Shown: positions 1 through 13,255 of the stretch, one piece after another
Layout of the letters: every line of letters starts with the position of its first letter
How positions within the stretch are numbered: the first letter of the stretch is position 1
Assembly (NCBI GenBank): GCA_040285855.1
Contig: JAUFOQ010000001.1
Location: forward strand, 3,224,001 to 3,288,000
Source: Eukaryota sp. GEM-RC1
Taxonomy: Eukaryota
Reading direction: 5' to 3'
DNA length: 64,000 bases
Program-made: the position numbers and the translations under genes
Notes under the pieces: generated by a model
What the model was told of the DNA's origin: nothing
The model's database searches: none
The model's input: the letters and a program-made list of their open reading frames with translations, nothing else

Positions 1-228
1 GCTTTTCTTTAAAGACTGGACTGAAGGAAGAGAGAAAAGAAGAATGACAAGGATAGGATTGACCGTGGAAGACGATGGCCTTGTCAGTGAGAAACTGCTT
101 CTGTTTGTTGAGAAAGAGTTGAGATACGATATCAGCAGAATTGGAGGGTACCTCGCTGTGCTTGCACGAGGTAGACCTTGAAGCTTCATGTACAGAATTA
201 TCATGAGCAAGCACAAAAGAGGAAACAT
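1..228 (-). CDS. 5' part of a BTB/POZ-domain gene running off the window edge (frameshifted)
   Basis: Manual minus-strand translation gives FLTDKAIVFHGQSYPCHSSFLSF/SPVFKEK, a BTB N-terminal D-x-x-I...PCH...L...SPVF pattern. Candidate ATG at 228. Confidence 0.5.
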   Translation of the reverse strand, partial: MFPLLCLLMIILYMKLQGLPRASTARYPPILLISYLNSFSTNRSSFSLTRPSSSTVNPILVILLFSLPSVQSLKKS

Positions 229-1578
229 TTGGTCGGGACATTGGAAGAACTGAAATTTAAAATATTCAGCAGTCAGTACGAAAAGAGGGCACGTGTTCCT
301 GATTTTTATTAAAATTCTTGTTTCTACTCCGACCAACAGCAGTCAACCTAAATTGAGCTGGAAACTTCAAACACAAATTCTTTACACCTACTAAATAGAT
401 CAGATTTTCGTTGAGCTGTCAACAGCTTAGCCATATGAGTAAGTCAAGCCAAATTTGGATATGACTTGAGCCGAGTCGTTTGGCAGCTCTATATATGTAC
501 ACCAATTTACCCTTATTGTCTGGTTGAAATATCAATTATAGAACATTCACTTTATTAATCTACTTTCTTCATCATCACCAACTTCGATCTTTAGGGTTTT
601 CATTTCCAGTAAAACTTGCTCCAAACTATAACTTAATCATCTCTCATCTAGGATCTAATGCTCAGTATTGCTCGCAAGAACTCAGTGTAGAGCATATTTC
701 GCCTTTTGTTGCAATATAATATGCTTTTATTAGGGCTTTAATTGTTTGACGGTCAACCTGCTAAGAGGCAACAAATCCAATCGTTGTAACAAGGTATAAC
801 TGCCAGTTAGTGAATATCAGAAGGGTAAACTCTATTGTTATTGTTTTGATTCTTTTGCTGTATCATTGAGGTGTAAGTAGAGATCACCTATTTATTGAAA
901 AAAATTGTTTTCTATTCCAATAATGACCAGTGGCAAAGATAGTGAGTTCTGTAAGTGTTCCAAGAGCGCCACCGCTTTAGTTTTTTTCTTAATTGTAATA
1001 GTTTGGAAAAGGATAACTAACAATTTGACTTGACAGTAGAGTTATTTCCTTTTCACAAATCCATTCATAACTCACATGATGTTCTGATAAATTGTTAAAT
1101 ATTTCATAAAAGTGGATCGTACTCATGAATTCAATTACAATATTCAAAAGATACAGCATTGTCTCCGTGTTCCTGTAATCACTATTCATTACTAGTATTT
1201 GTAAGTACATTTTTGTGTCAGAAGAATTACTCACTTCAAGATCAATAAACATAAGAAGGTTAGAAAGGACTGTTCAATGACTAAAGCAGAGTCGAAACGA
1301 CATGACTAAATCGCATGTGCCAACAAGTAGATGATAAATCAAACGACTTGACAGTTAAATCGAATCTACTTTAGCTCTGCTTGGATGACCCCAAATCGAC
1401 TTAAAGTCGAGTAAATTAACAGTCCTAATTGTTACACATGTGATAGACTCGACTCAGACTGTAAATTGAAATCAATTTGCAATGACAGAATCAGTGATAA
1501 AGACTTTTTGAATGGTGTTTATCTTCATTTAGTCAGTAAACTTTGATCAAGATTGGAGTCTGGATTGTTCTTCTGTTA

Positions 1579-4500
1579 ATGCATCAATTATTCTATGTTT
1601 GTTTGCTCATCCTCCTAGTTGTTGGTGATGTGCAGCTCCATAATGGATGTCCGCCTCCACTATCATATGCTTCAGAATCACTTTCTGCCAGTTCAAACGA
1701 AATTCATCAGCTAATCGCTAGTGTCAGCCACAAGTCTGTTCTGCAACAGTTTCCTGGTCTAGTTGTTGGTCATCCAGTTCCCGAACCCTCTTCTTCTTCT
1801 CTTTCTTACCATTATCTTGTATTTACCGCAAATTCTTCTACCTATGATGCTCTCATTTCTTCTGAAATACCTATTTATATATATACACCTCGGTTCAAAA
1901 TCTGTGAAAATCTGAAGAGGGATTCAATCTACCCCCTCACTATTCTGCTCCAACTAGTACCTGCTTCTATTCTCCAAACCACCAATCTCTCTCCATCGGA
2001 CATCCTCCAATCCCTTCATGACGTGGATGGTGTCTTTGATTGCTCCTTCTACTCAGCCCTTTCTCTTCAATGTACACTCTCACAATCATCTTCTCTCCAA
2101 GATCTTGCTGCCTTAGACTTTATCTACTGGATCGAACATTCTTCTCCAGCAGTCCCTCTCAATCAACAAGCTAAAACCATCTCCTACGGCAGCTTTACTA
2201 ACTTCAACGCTTTCAAACAACGTAACCTTGATGGCCGTGGGCACGTCATCGCAGTCACTGATTCTGGTGTTCGTGTTGATTCTTGTTATTTCACTGATCC
2301 CAATCATCCTCCACCTTATAACTCTTATAATGAGAATCATCGTAAGATTGTTGGCTATAGAATTTTAGGTGATCAGAATGAGCACTTAAGCCACGGAACT
2401 CATGTCGTGGGTACAATTACTGGACAAAACGGAGACTTTAGTGATGGGTTAGCCACAGGAGTGAAGGTTTACTTCACTGACATTGGTGTTCGAGACGGTT
2501 TAATCAGTCCAAATGTATACGAGATTCTTGATCATCACAGATCAACACCTGCTTCAATCAAAATTGATAGCAATAGTTGGGCTTTCCAGACCTCTGCTTA
2601 CACAAGCAAATCTCAGGAAGCTGATGCTTTTGCTTGGGAACACAAAGATTATCTAATTATATTCGCTGGTGGTAACGATGGAGTTTCCGGTTTGAGTACA
2701 ATCATGAGCCCTTCTAATAGCAAAAACGTGTTAACCGTTGGCGCTGTCTCTACCAATATAGAAGGTGCTTATGACACCTGCTGCAATCACGGTGCCTACT
2801 CTCTCAGTCACATTGATGATTACCCAGAAGAGTTCTCTGAAGATCGTGTTACTCAATATTCATCACGTGGACCTACTCTGGACTTTAGAATCAAACCAGA
2901 TATAGTAGCTGTTGGGGGTTATATACGATCAGCTGGGTCCACGTCATCATGCACGTCATCAGTGAGTCGAGGAACTTCCATGGCTACTCCCCAGGTTGCT
3001 GCGGCGGCGGCTGTTGTTGCACAGTATTTGAAGGACGGGTTTTATGAGGGGAAGACGATTAGTCCATCAGCAGCGTTGTTGAAAGGATTGTTGTTGGTAG
3101 GTGCTGTCGATGTAGGTCAAAATCATCGTGGTGATTTGATTCCTCGAATGCCATCGATTTTACAGGGGTTCGGAAGGTTGAATTTATCACGTTCATTGCC
3201 ACTTGATGACAGTCACTTTCTGTTTTTGAGTGATGATCTGGCTTTTGATGGATCAGCTCATAATTATGATTTCTACTTTGAAATCACGGAGACTTCTGTT
3301 GACTATCCTATTAAGATTGTCTTGACCTGGACAGACCCTGTTGCCTCAATCAGTGCTCTTTTTAAACTGGTTAATAACCTTGATCTGACTGTCATCACGC
3401 CATCAAAAGAGATCGTCTACGGTAATATGCAAACACTACCTGACATCCATAACGTCATTGAAGCTGTTGCTTTTCCTTTTACTGCTGAAACTGGTGTGTA
3501 CAGAGTTCGAGTCTCGGCAACGTCACTTGTGGAATCACCCCAACCATTTTCTCTCGTAGTCTCTGCATTCAAAGCACGTCGATTGGACCGCCATTCCGCT
3601 CTTGTGTCTGACTTTAACTCCAAATGTCCTAACAACTGCTATAACCGTGGTCAATGTCAAACAAACAGTGGTACCTGCTTCTGTGAATCTGGTTTCAGAG
3701 GACTATTCTGTGAGTTTTCTAGTTGTGTCAACAATTGTAGTGGTAATGGGCGATGTTCAGGGGGTAAATGCGACTGCTACCCCGGGTTCTTTGGGGTTGG
3801 CTGCTCAGTTGGACTTTGTGAGGGAAGTGTGGTTCTAAGCCAGCAAAGGGCGTTATTCGTGATCGAGCTGGAAATGGTGGACTTTCACAGCATCCTCCAG
3901 GTCAGAATTGCCTTTGGTCGATCTCACCAAGTGGATTTAACTCTCAATCAGATTCGATTGTGATTGATTTTTCATATGTATTGTTGGGAAATGGCGATTC
4001 CCTGGAAATTCGAGAATCCAGCCCTCTGGGTGAGTTGCTGGCTGACATTAACGGTTCAGACCTTCCTGAAACGGTTGTCACCTCCGCAAGTACAGTATAT
4101 GTTGGATTCAATACGGTTTCACGTTCAGGAAATCTTGGATTCGAACTTCGTTGGGCTGTCATACCTAAGAGTCAAACTCTAGATCCAGTTTTTAACTGTT
4201 TCGGAGTGGGCACGTATAGTGATGACTTCATGACGTGTGATTGCGACTCTAGTGTTTTTGTCAACTCTAAGTGTTCTGAGATTCTATGTCCATCCGAAGG
4301 CGCGTCACTTCTCCCAATGTTCAGTTTGAACTTTGAGTTTGACGGTCGGGGTCTTCGGACTTCCCAAGACTCTTTCATCACTGATACTGAGGAAACTTCT
4401 GTTTTCGGTGGTTCAATCTCTTCCATTCGTGCTCACTCTCCACAAGGAGCTCCTTTCCTGGGAACTGTCTCCAATGAACTAGCACCCTTCTGCGTCAAGT

Positions 4501-4922
4501 CATTACCTTTAAGGAAGAGAATGTTTGGTACTGGAGATGCTGGATTCTCTAGAATTGGACAAGAGAATTATGATATCTCCATTGAGTTTTCTACTTTGGT
4601 ACATGGGGTGGAAGTGGATTTTTATGGAGTTTCTAGTGGGTCCCCAAAGGTTACAGGTCGTGTTCATTTGAATAATGGATCAAAATGTGACGTGTCCAGT
4701 GACGTTTTTGTTACTGAAGACCAGTGTAATGCTTCTGTTGTGGCTCCTGGAAATTTAGTTTCGGGTACTTTTAAATATTTTGTTTCAGATGATGATACTA
4801 TCAAAGTAGATGAGTCTGTGACTGATCTCGAACTCGTCAATGATTTTGATTTGTTTTTGATTTCAGAGATTCGAATTAAAGGTCTTTGCAGTTCGTTTAT
4901 CTCCCCCTGTGATGTCTGTTAA
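1579..4922 (+). CDS. Secreted subtilisin-like (S8, Kp43/TagC-like) serine protease with EGF-like repeats and a CUB domain; one frameshift near 3840
   Basis: Hydrophobic N-terminus MHQLFYVCLLILLVVG. Triad motifs VTDSG, HGTHV, GTSMATP, plus FAGGN and SSRGP. EGF repeats CPNNCYNRGQC and CSGNGRC. The shifted frame continues NCLWSIS...IDFSYVLLGNGDSLEI (CUB-like) into ORF 3960-4922. Confidence 0.85.
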
Positions 4923-5289
4923 AATCCTTGTTTTTATTATTTGTATATTGTTTTTGTTCTTTCGGTGAATGTCTCTTATAAAGTAAACCATTCATTTGTT
5001 CTAATTTCTTGATTGGTATCGTCTCTTGGTTAGATGTTCATCAGCGAATAGAGCAATCTCGTGAAGAAGAGACTGGATATATGATATACGCTGTTCTCAA
5101 CGTTTTCATGCTCAAAATGATTCATTAAAGTCCAGAAGAAAAACCAGCCCAGGACATCATTCTACAATGCTAGAGAGGCTTGTTTACGGGCAGTACAGAA
5201 CGCAAAACCCTTGTTTATGATGTGTGATGATGCAATAGGGAGATCCCCTTTTTCTGAGTACGAATCTGTTGTTTTCTCTTCATCAAAAA

Positions 5290-5876
5290 ATGACAGCTAT
5301 CTTATCCCTCACATCTACAGACCTTCAGGCCCAAGCCCGCATCTCTTCTGTCTCTACAAGTTATAACTCAGGTTCTATGGATAGTGAAACCCAATATTGG
5401 CTCATTGTCATTCTTTTATGTCTCTGCTTCAATGTCTTCGCTATTGTATGTCCTTTCATGCTAATCCAAGTTTTGCATTCCCTTTGTTAAACGGGAAAAT
5501 CCTCAAAGTCAACATCTTCTCTCCCGTACCCCTGAAGTTACCATAACTGTCGATCACTCCCGTAAAACCGTCTCTTGTCAGAAAACTGGACCCCTTGCTA
5601 ATCAGTCCTCTATCAATACCTATGCAGTCTCTGAAGTTCAGAAGTTTGCTTCCGGAATTCAAAACGATTCCCCCTGCAGCGTTTATGCTCATGTCGACTG
5701 GCCTCCAATTCGTTGTTCCGGGATCTATGCATCTATCTCCTCATGATCTATCGGCCCTTATATCTCATCTCAACAATGAGATCAATAGACATTCCATGCC
5801 ATCATATCATTCATCACATGTCCCTAACTATGATGTTGTTCCGATTTTTGACCCATCAGCCCCACCTCCATTTTAG
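5290..5876 (+). CDS. Small single-pass membrane protein, paralog 1 (frameshifted)
   Basis: Starts MTAILSLTSTDLQAQARISSVS, has a hydrophobic segment, ends PIFDPSAPPPF. Clearly homologous to 6303-6893. Confidence 0.55.
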
Positions 5877-6302
5877 TTTACCGTTTTTTAATAGGTGTTT
5901 TGTGTACATAGATATAATTTTGTCGTTTTTTGTTATTGTTATCATGTTAGTTTTGACCAAAATTCAGACTGTTTGCTCCTCTCCTGACGTAAACAGTAAG
6001 ATTTGTAGGCAAAATGTTTCCCTTTAATGAACTTTGGCTGAAATTCAAATTAAGATTATCAATGACGACATCAAATCATACTCAAATTAACGAAATAGAG
6101 GACCTTAAGCTGAACACGATAAGTACAAGAAATTGTGCACAAAAATAGAAAAACCTTGATACTTCTACAACAACGGAAGAAACGTAGTCGTCACAGAAGG
6201 AACATCAATCCTAGAATCTATTTAGTGAACCAGTTTATTCTGAAGTTTATAAAGATGCAAGAATTGATCTTAAACGTGAAGAAATCCAATCGTTCGAACT
6301 AA

Positions 6303-6893
6303 ATGACTGCTTCTCTGTCGCTCACCTCTACTGATCTTCAGGCTCAAGCCCGGATCTCATCTGTCTCTGTATCGGCAGATCCCTCCGATTCTTTGAAAGA
6401 TGGTTTCCCTTATATGTGTGTAATCATGATGTTGTGTGTAGTCTTCAATGTTTTTGCTCTTGTTTGTTAATCGTCTTGTTAATCCAAGATTTGCATCCCC
6501 TTTCTTCTTGCTAAACGTCCAAGCCCCCAGAGAGAACATCTTCGAACCCGTACTCCTGAAGTCACTGTTACAGTCGATCACTCTCGCAAAACAGTCTGTT
6601 GTCTTACATCTGGTCCTCTTGCTCGTCATCCATCAGTCAAATCATATCCAGTATCTGAGATTCAGAAAGTGGCGTCTGGTGTTCATGAAGCTTCCCCGGC
6701 AGCTTTCATGCTCATGTCTTCAGGTCTTCAATCGCTTATTCCTGGATCTATGCATCTTTCACCTCAAGACTTATCGGCCCTCATATCCCATCTGAATTCT
6801 GAGATTAAACGAAGCACTGCACCAATATACCCCTCTATTTCTGAAACTGGTGTTGTTCCTATTTTTGACCCTTCGACACCACCTCAATTGTAA
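6303..6893 (+). CDS. Small single-pass membrane protein, paralog 2 (frameshifted)
   Basis: Starts MTASLSLTSTDLQAQARISSVS, shares PAAFMLMSxGLQ..PGSMHLSPxDLSALISHLN, ends PIFDPSTPPQL. Confidence 0.55.
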
Positions 6894-6954
6894 CCTACCT
6901 TTTTTGTATCATGTATCGTGTTGTAATGTAAACATATATAACATTTGTGATTCT

Positions 6955-7703
6955 TTATTTTGATCCTTTCAATAACGATTGGAAAAACTCTGAAGTGATT
7001 TGTTCAGGAGGTAATAATGAATCCCTCAGTGAAGACAACCATTGTTGATGTGACTGCATCTTGCAATCATTGTTAGAGAGGTTTGATGTATCTGCTTCAG
7101 ATGGGGGAAATTCTTCAGCGCGACGTAGCATGTCTTGTTGGTCTGCTGGGGTATACCGCATTAGTAAGGTTTGATAAATATCGTCTTGACTGTCTGTGTT
7201 GGGGGGAATAAGTAAGCTGGAAGATATAAAGGAGAGATTAGGTGTGTTTGAAATGATGGATATAAGAGTGGTGGTCAGACTTTGTTGAACTGCAAGCAAG
7301 CCAAATGATTGGTTGATACCCCATAAACGAAGGTTGAGAAGAACCTGGGTAGTGGAAGTATCACCGAGGAATAGAGAGAGATAGCGAGGGATGCTAGAAT
7401 GTAGGTCTTTGAGTTCAGTAACCCATCTATTCAGTTGTGAGAATTGATTAGTTTCTTTGGTATCAAGACACAAAAAGACGTGAGAGGGTGTAGAACGGAG
7501 GCTCGAAACAAAATCTGGATGTGTACATACCCAAACACAGTATATTTGGGAGTTCAAATGACACAAACGACAACTGATGGGAACATTTTGCACCTTCTTA
7601 GAAGTGTTTTTGCTGGCAAATCAACTGGTTTGGAGGAGGAGACCAAATCATAGAAGTGAGGAGCAGGTGTTCCAAGAATCCAAAGCGATGGGAGTTTTTC
7701 CAT
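6955..7703 (-). CDS. Hypothetical protein
   Basis: 212-codon ORF (6955-7593) that probably extends via one frameshift to an ATG at 7703 (MEKLPSLWILG). No recognised motif. Confidence 0.45.
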
Positions 7704-7729
7704 TTGTTGAGAAACAAATTTATCTCACC

Positions 7730-8008
7730 ATGATCTCAGTTGTTGTTGAGTTTGGAGGGGGAGTTGATGAGTACTTTCATCATAAAACCTCTATAAGGCT
7801 TACTCTTAATCCTGATTCTTCCTTTAATGAGTTATTCTCGCTTCTTCAAGAAAATTGCACCCTTCCAGTCACAAATTTCTATGATAATGGTGTCAAACCT
7901 GGATACATGCTGCTAGTGAATGATGCAGATTATGAACTTGTTGGACATGACTACCGGTTTGAAAACAATGACAACGTTGCTCTTATTTCTCTTGTTCACG
8001 GCGGTTAA
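7730..8008 (+). CDS. URM1: Ubiquitin-related modifier 1
   Basis: MISVVVEFGGG...VKPGYMLLVNDADYELVG...ISLVHGG*: Urm1 signature motifs and C-terminal HGG. The true ATG is at 7730. Confidence 0.9.
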   Translation: MISVVVEFGGGVDEYFHHKTSIRLTLNPDSSFNELFSLLQENCTLPVTNFYDNGVKPGYMLLVNDADYELVGHDYRFENNDNVALISLVHGG

Positions 8009-8704
8009 TTTCTAACATATCTTCTCCATTAGAGTCTTAGTCTACTTAGTTTGGTTTTGTTTGTATTTTTCATACAAATTGGTTTATTTATTACTAAAAC
8101 TGATGATTGCCGACTTACTGCTACAGTGTTCCTGACAGAAATAAATGGAATATCACACGGAAAATTGAATCACAGCAGCAGTCTAATTGACGTACGTTTC
8201 TGGTACAATTTCAATTTTGAATTTTAAGAGACGCTTCCTTCTTTTGGTTTTGCTATGAGTTCCTATCGAATAAAAAGGTCACACAACTTAAAACTTAAAT
8301 TATTTTGTTTATGTTTTGACATTCGAATCTAACGTTCATCAGAATCACGAATTGATCTTGTCGGTACAGTTAATGAAGTAAGAGAATCGAATGGAGACTG
8401 ACGACTTGACATCTAGCATAAAATGAATCTCAAATTCCGGCAATTCAAGTACTTATGCAGTCATACAATTTATGTTCAACATTTATCAAGCAATCACATG
8501 GTAATGACCCTTCATCATGTACAGTTTTTGAACGCAAATGGTCCGTGCTGGGGCAATTTTAGGCGTACAGTACCATACGTGCGGTACGTACTACCAAACA
8601 TATTGTGTAAAGTACTTATTTTACTAACTCTAAACAAAACCTTAGTAGTTTTCTAAAGAATTCATATCGTCCTTCTTTGACAATCATTTTACGACTTTTA
8701 TCAC

Positions 8705-9316
8705 ATGATCAAACACGCTGCCAATCTGGTTACATGCATTCGAATTTTCCTACTCAAATACTTCATTTCCTTTTACAATTCCGGAAAATACATTCAAGCC
8801 ACAGAACTACTGTTTATTGCTGGCATCACAGATAAACTTGATGGCATGATCGCACGAAACTTCCACTGCCAAACCACCCTTGGAGCCTACTTAGATCCTC
8901 TAGCAGACAAGTTATACTCAATCACGTTAACAATCATATTCTCAAGACATGGAGACCTTCCCATTGTTCTAGCTGCATTAATCCTGGCTCGAGATATTAC
9001 CATTATGCTTGGAATTCTCCACTACAAGCTGAAAGGTTTATCATTTACAATGGGCTCCACTTTTGTCTCAAAGTGTAATACAACGTTTCTCTTCATGTTG
9101 TATGGCCTTATTGTAACAAGAAAAACTACAATAGTGAACAAACCGCAATGGGAGTCTTCACTGTACATTTTGATCACTCTAACAACTATTATAAGCAGTC
9201 AACAATACTACGTCATTGCCATGGAAATTGAGCGTAGACAACAACTGAGAGAGTTTATAAAGTGTGCAAAAGTAGTAGACCAGATAGCATTAGTTGAGAA
9301 AAAAGAAATCCGATAA
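8705..9316 (+). CDS. CDP-alcohol phosphatidyltransferase (cardiolipin synthase / PGP synthase-like)
   Basis: ANLVTCIRI and TDKLDGMIARxxxxxTTLGAYLDPLADK match the DxxDGxxAR...GxxxDxxxD signature. Several hydrophobic helices. Confidence 0.85.
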   Translation: MIKHAANLVTCIRIFLLKYFISFYNSGKYIQATELLFIAGITDKLDGMIARNFHCQTTLGAYLDPLADKLYSITLTIIFSRHGDLPIVLAALILARDITIMLGILHYKLKGLSFTMGSTFVSKCNTTFLFMLYGLIVTRKTTIVNKPQWESSLYILITLTTIISSQQYYVIAMEIERRQQLREFIKCAKVVDQIALVEKKEIR

Positions 9317-9360
9317 AAGTTGGTAATATATAAGTGATTTTCCACACATTTGTAAACCTA

Positions 9361-9912
9361 ATGCACCACAAACAGCTTTTGGAAGAATTCTTGCACAAAA
9401 GACCATCTCCGACTGAGGTTCACTTTCAGCTCTTCAAGAACTCAGGATTCGCGCATTGTAAGGACCCATCAGAGATCTTTGAGAACATGGAGATGATTGG
9501 GGTTCTTCAGCGATGTATTGAAGATGAAGAGAACAGAAGAAAACTCTTAGAGTGCAAAAACTTTTATAGAAGCGTGATGCTTCCAAGAGAGGTGTTCTGC
9601 CTGCAGGAACAGTGTGAAGCTATTGAAACAGCCAAAGCAAACATGGAAAAGCAAATGATTGCAGAACTGGAAATGCAATCTTATTTGACTGAGATTCATC
9701 ATTCCAAGAAACAAGAACTGTCTCTTGTTGAGAGAAGACGTGGAGATCTAGAAGCTCAACAGAAAGTGTTAGAGTTGGACCTTGAGGAACTACGCAAGGA
9801 ACAGTCACAGACACAGGTCATTTTATCTAAAACACCCAAGTATACAGACATTGCACAGTTAAAGGAATTAGAAGAAGAAGCAAATCGTTTGAGGGATGAG
9901 CTCCATTTGTAA
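9361..9912 (+). CDS. Coiled-coil hypothetical protein
   Basis: Intact ORF rich in E/K/L/Q heptad-like sequence. Confidence 0.55.
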   Translation: MHHKQLLEEFLHKRPSPTEVHFQLFKNSGFAHCKDPSEIFENMEMIGVLQRCIEDEENRRKLLECKNFYRSVMLPREVFCLQEQCEAIETAKANMEKQMIAELEMQSYLTEIHHSKKQELSLVERRRGDLEAQQKVLELDLEELRKEQSQTQVILSKTPKYTDIAQLKELEEEANRLRDELHL

Positions 9913-12393
9913 GTACTTTGTGCGAATAAAGCAGTCAATTTGATGGTTTGTTTAACTCCAAGAAGTTGATTTTCTATTTGAAAGCTTCAGAATGATACAG
10001 GACCTCACGTCCACATCATCAGAACCACCACTTACTTCCAGATCGTTATAAACTAAGGTTGATCACTTGAATCGGTTTACTAAAATTAATATATCCCGTT
10101 TTTTCTGCTTTCTTAAATCATATTAAGAATTCAACTAAAGGTTTTATGTTATAAATTAACGAAATACAAACAACTACAACTTAAAAAATATTAAATGATC
10201 CACATCTACTCTTGACCTACCACGATACAATTTGTCCAGAATACGATTCAAATACTTTGGGAAACTTCTCTATAAGGAAAAAACAATGCGATTGCGCCAA
10301 AGAGACGGATTAAAATTTTTCAACAAAGAATTCAACTTGTTTGATTACTCAACAACCACGTCCTTTTGGATTGCATTTCTCTGATGAGGCTCGGAAATTA
10401 AATAGGCTCTTACGTTTGGGTTTGTTGCCTGCTGAATTGCTCGACAATTCTGAATGTGTCTGTAGTCATCATCCTAGTGTCAGTGAGACTAATTAAGGGA
10501 TAGATGGCCAAAAATCTCAGTTCAAAATTAGTCTCAGTGAGAGTAATTACTGATGCCGGTATAGATACAGATTCTTGATTCACCACAAATTGTAACAATC
10601 TGTCTAGTCTTGTCACGCTATACTAAACGTAACTTACAGTGTCCTTAATCTAAAACTCTTGTCTCTTAAAGTTACAATGTATTACAAATGAGGTATTACG
10701 ATCTCATCAATCGCCATTAGTCTCCTTTCTGGTTCGCAAAGAGTAACAATGAGTAATAGAACAGTTGGGGTTTCGCCTTTGCTAACCCTACTTTGAACTG
10801 ATGGATAGCTCGTACCTATGTAGATCTTCAACCAAACGTCGATGTCTAAACAGTGTTTGTTTTTATGTTCCGATAGTCTTCTTTTGTATAGATTATATGA
10901 GGATATCACTGAACCAATTGCCTTTATTGAATGTGAGATAGATAATACAACAAGTGAATTAAAAGAGAAAGCCAATCTTAAGAATCACATTTATGATGTC
11001 AATCATGTACAGATCAAAATACCCACTGCGACTGTAAGTAAGTAACACATCTCACTAAGAGAATTTGCATCCCCCAAATAAAAAAGATAATGAAAGCAAG
11101 TGAAGCTAAGACCGAAATCTCTGAACAACCTAAGAGGAGAGACGTTGCAACAATGCGTGATCGAAGGAAACAGAGCAGCATTCTACTTCTCCCACTAGTA
11201 GAATGCTCACGGATAGAAGACGGATCGGCGAAGATTTGAGGATTGTTGTTACACGTAAACCTCCTTCTTCCCTAAGTTAAGACGGTACACGAGAGGTGTA
11301 GATGTGATTATGGGTAAAGACAGAAGACATATTCATTAGATGATCTTACATTGTAGATGATGACCACATCTTTTTCTCCCTCCAACTTCTATAGGAGCTG
11401 AACTCTTTTGAGACCGTTGCTTCTCCTCCCTCCTCGTGATTACACTAGCACTACCGTGTTGCTTCTGGGTGCAATGATTGGTTGGTATTGGTGAATACAA
11501 GTATTTCATCGATACATGAGCCAATCACCACACGTCTGATGACGTGCTATCACGTGAGGTACAACACTTGGCATAACAACCGTGTCTTCCGCTTTCACTT
11601 CTTATCCTACCCTTCTCTTTCTTTCTTTGCGTTCTTCCTTGTGTCATCTGTTGTTATCCAACATTCTCACGAACTCTCCTATTCCTTATCGTTTCTGGTC
11701 TAGAAGATGATTGTTCTCATTCAGATTAATCTCCCGTGTTTCTGCCAGCTACCTCTTCAACTCAAAAACCAACTGGTTGTTCAATCTGCTTTTCTATTGA
11801 CTTCTCTTGACTATTCTGGAATCTCGACTCACTTCTCTGACCCAAGTGAGACAATTTCTAGAGTTTGGGTGTTGTTTTTCATCTAATCTGATCGATTCTC
11901 TGAATCATTACTGATGACGTGATTTGGTCTCTTTTTTTCGAGACACGAATATCTATACTGATCCATTTATGTTTAATGTTTTGTTCATGTTATTTCAAGG
12001 CATTGTTCTATTTTTAGTTATTTGCTTTTTATTATTTCCGTTATTGATTTTTTTACGTTCTTTGTATTTCTGTTGATGATGAAAGTAATTTTCTTCATTT
12101 AGATTTTCTTCAAGAATTCAGTGTCTTTTTTTTCGAATAACTTCCAGCCTTCAATTCAGTGAAGTTGGGTTTTCAATAATAATACACACTTGACTGTTGA
12201 CTTTGTACTGGATTGCTGTTTAGTGAGTTGCAATCAGCACAGTCGGTTTGGGCTTGTTATGGAAAGCATCAGCAAAGGCCTTACTGGTATTGTTCTTCTT
12301 CGAGAGCAGTACTGACACAGACCACACCTCATCTGAGAAGATTCATTATTCAGGACTGAATTTTACCTGTATCGTTAGCTGATTCACCTGTAA

Positions 12394-13255
12394 TCAAAAA
12401 AATTTCACGTCAGTCTTTGAGACCAAGGCTGACATTATATCATGTAACAAATCTCTTCTTTCATCAATTGAACTAGAAAAGGGTAAGAATTGAACTTTGT
12501 TAGTCAAGTTTGCATATACATCAGAGTGATCATGGACAAGTTGACTTTCTTGCAAATTAGGAGCAATCACAACTGATTGCGAAGTAGTGTTTGAGAAGGC
12601 TTGTCTAGTGCTACCCGTTTTCGTTTCTTTACGAACCTTCATAAATCCATTTAGATTATCCCTATCAAAACCAAGAAGAAAATGACAACGAAATTTGAGA
12701 TCACTGATATGTAAAGATGACATAATAATTAGTGATTGATCATTTTTCAAAATGAATAATAAAGAGTTTTGGAAATGAATTTTTTTAACTAACCTTCTAT
12801 ACAATCAAACATTATTAATGTTTTCTCTCTATTCAGGCAATGAACGACACAGAATCCAAGCCCAGTAGTGTAAATGACGGCATTGTATGATGCTACGTAC
12901 ACTGCATTCACAATAAAATCGTCAAAATGACAACTAGATAGGAACATGTTCACAATGGAACATGAATATATGCAAGAATTTGCTTTGTTACAATAATGAA
13001 ATGATCCTCGATCGCAACAATGTACACACATTCACTATCAGAAGGCTCTTTACTGTATGGCAATTGTTTGTAACGATATTGATTTTGATAGACATAAGAA
13101 ATCCAGAATTGAGACTTTTCAGTAGAAACAAGTATAAGTTTTCTCTCTGCTTTGTAAAGTAAAGCAATAGAAGTGATAAGCGTTTCAAACTTCAACATGG
13201 TTTTGGGGGTGAACATTTCGTAGAATATAAAATCAACTTTACCATTTGATTGCAT
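12394..13255 (-). CDS. Fragmented hypothetical protein
   Basis: Overlapping minus-strand ORFs of 101, 80 and 136 aa that could join by frameshifts. No recognised motif. Confidence 0.25.

Noticed and set aside
335..1460. GAGTCG/CGACT-rich patches at 410-490 and 1280-1460 as MITE ends
   Set aside because: No matching terminal inverted pair or TSD could be defined.
2113..4426. Short antisense or alternate-frame ORFs overlapping the protease (and similar ones over the BTB and Fanzor genes)
   Set aside because: Shadow ORFs of real genes with no independent motifs.
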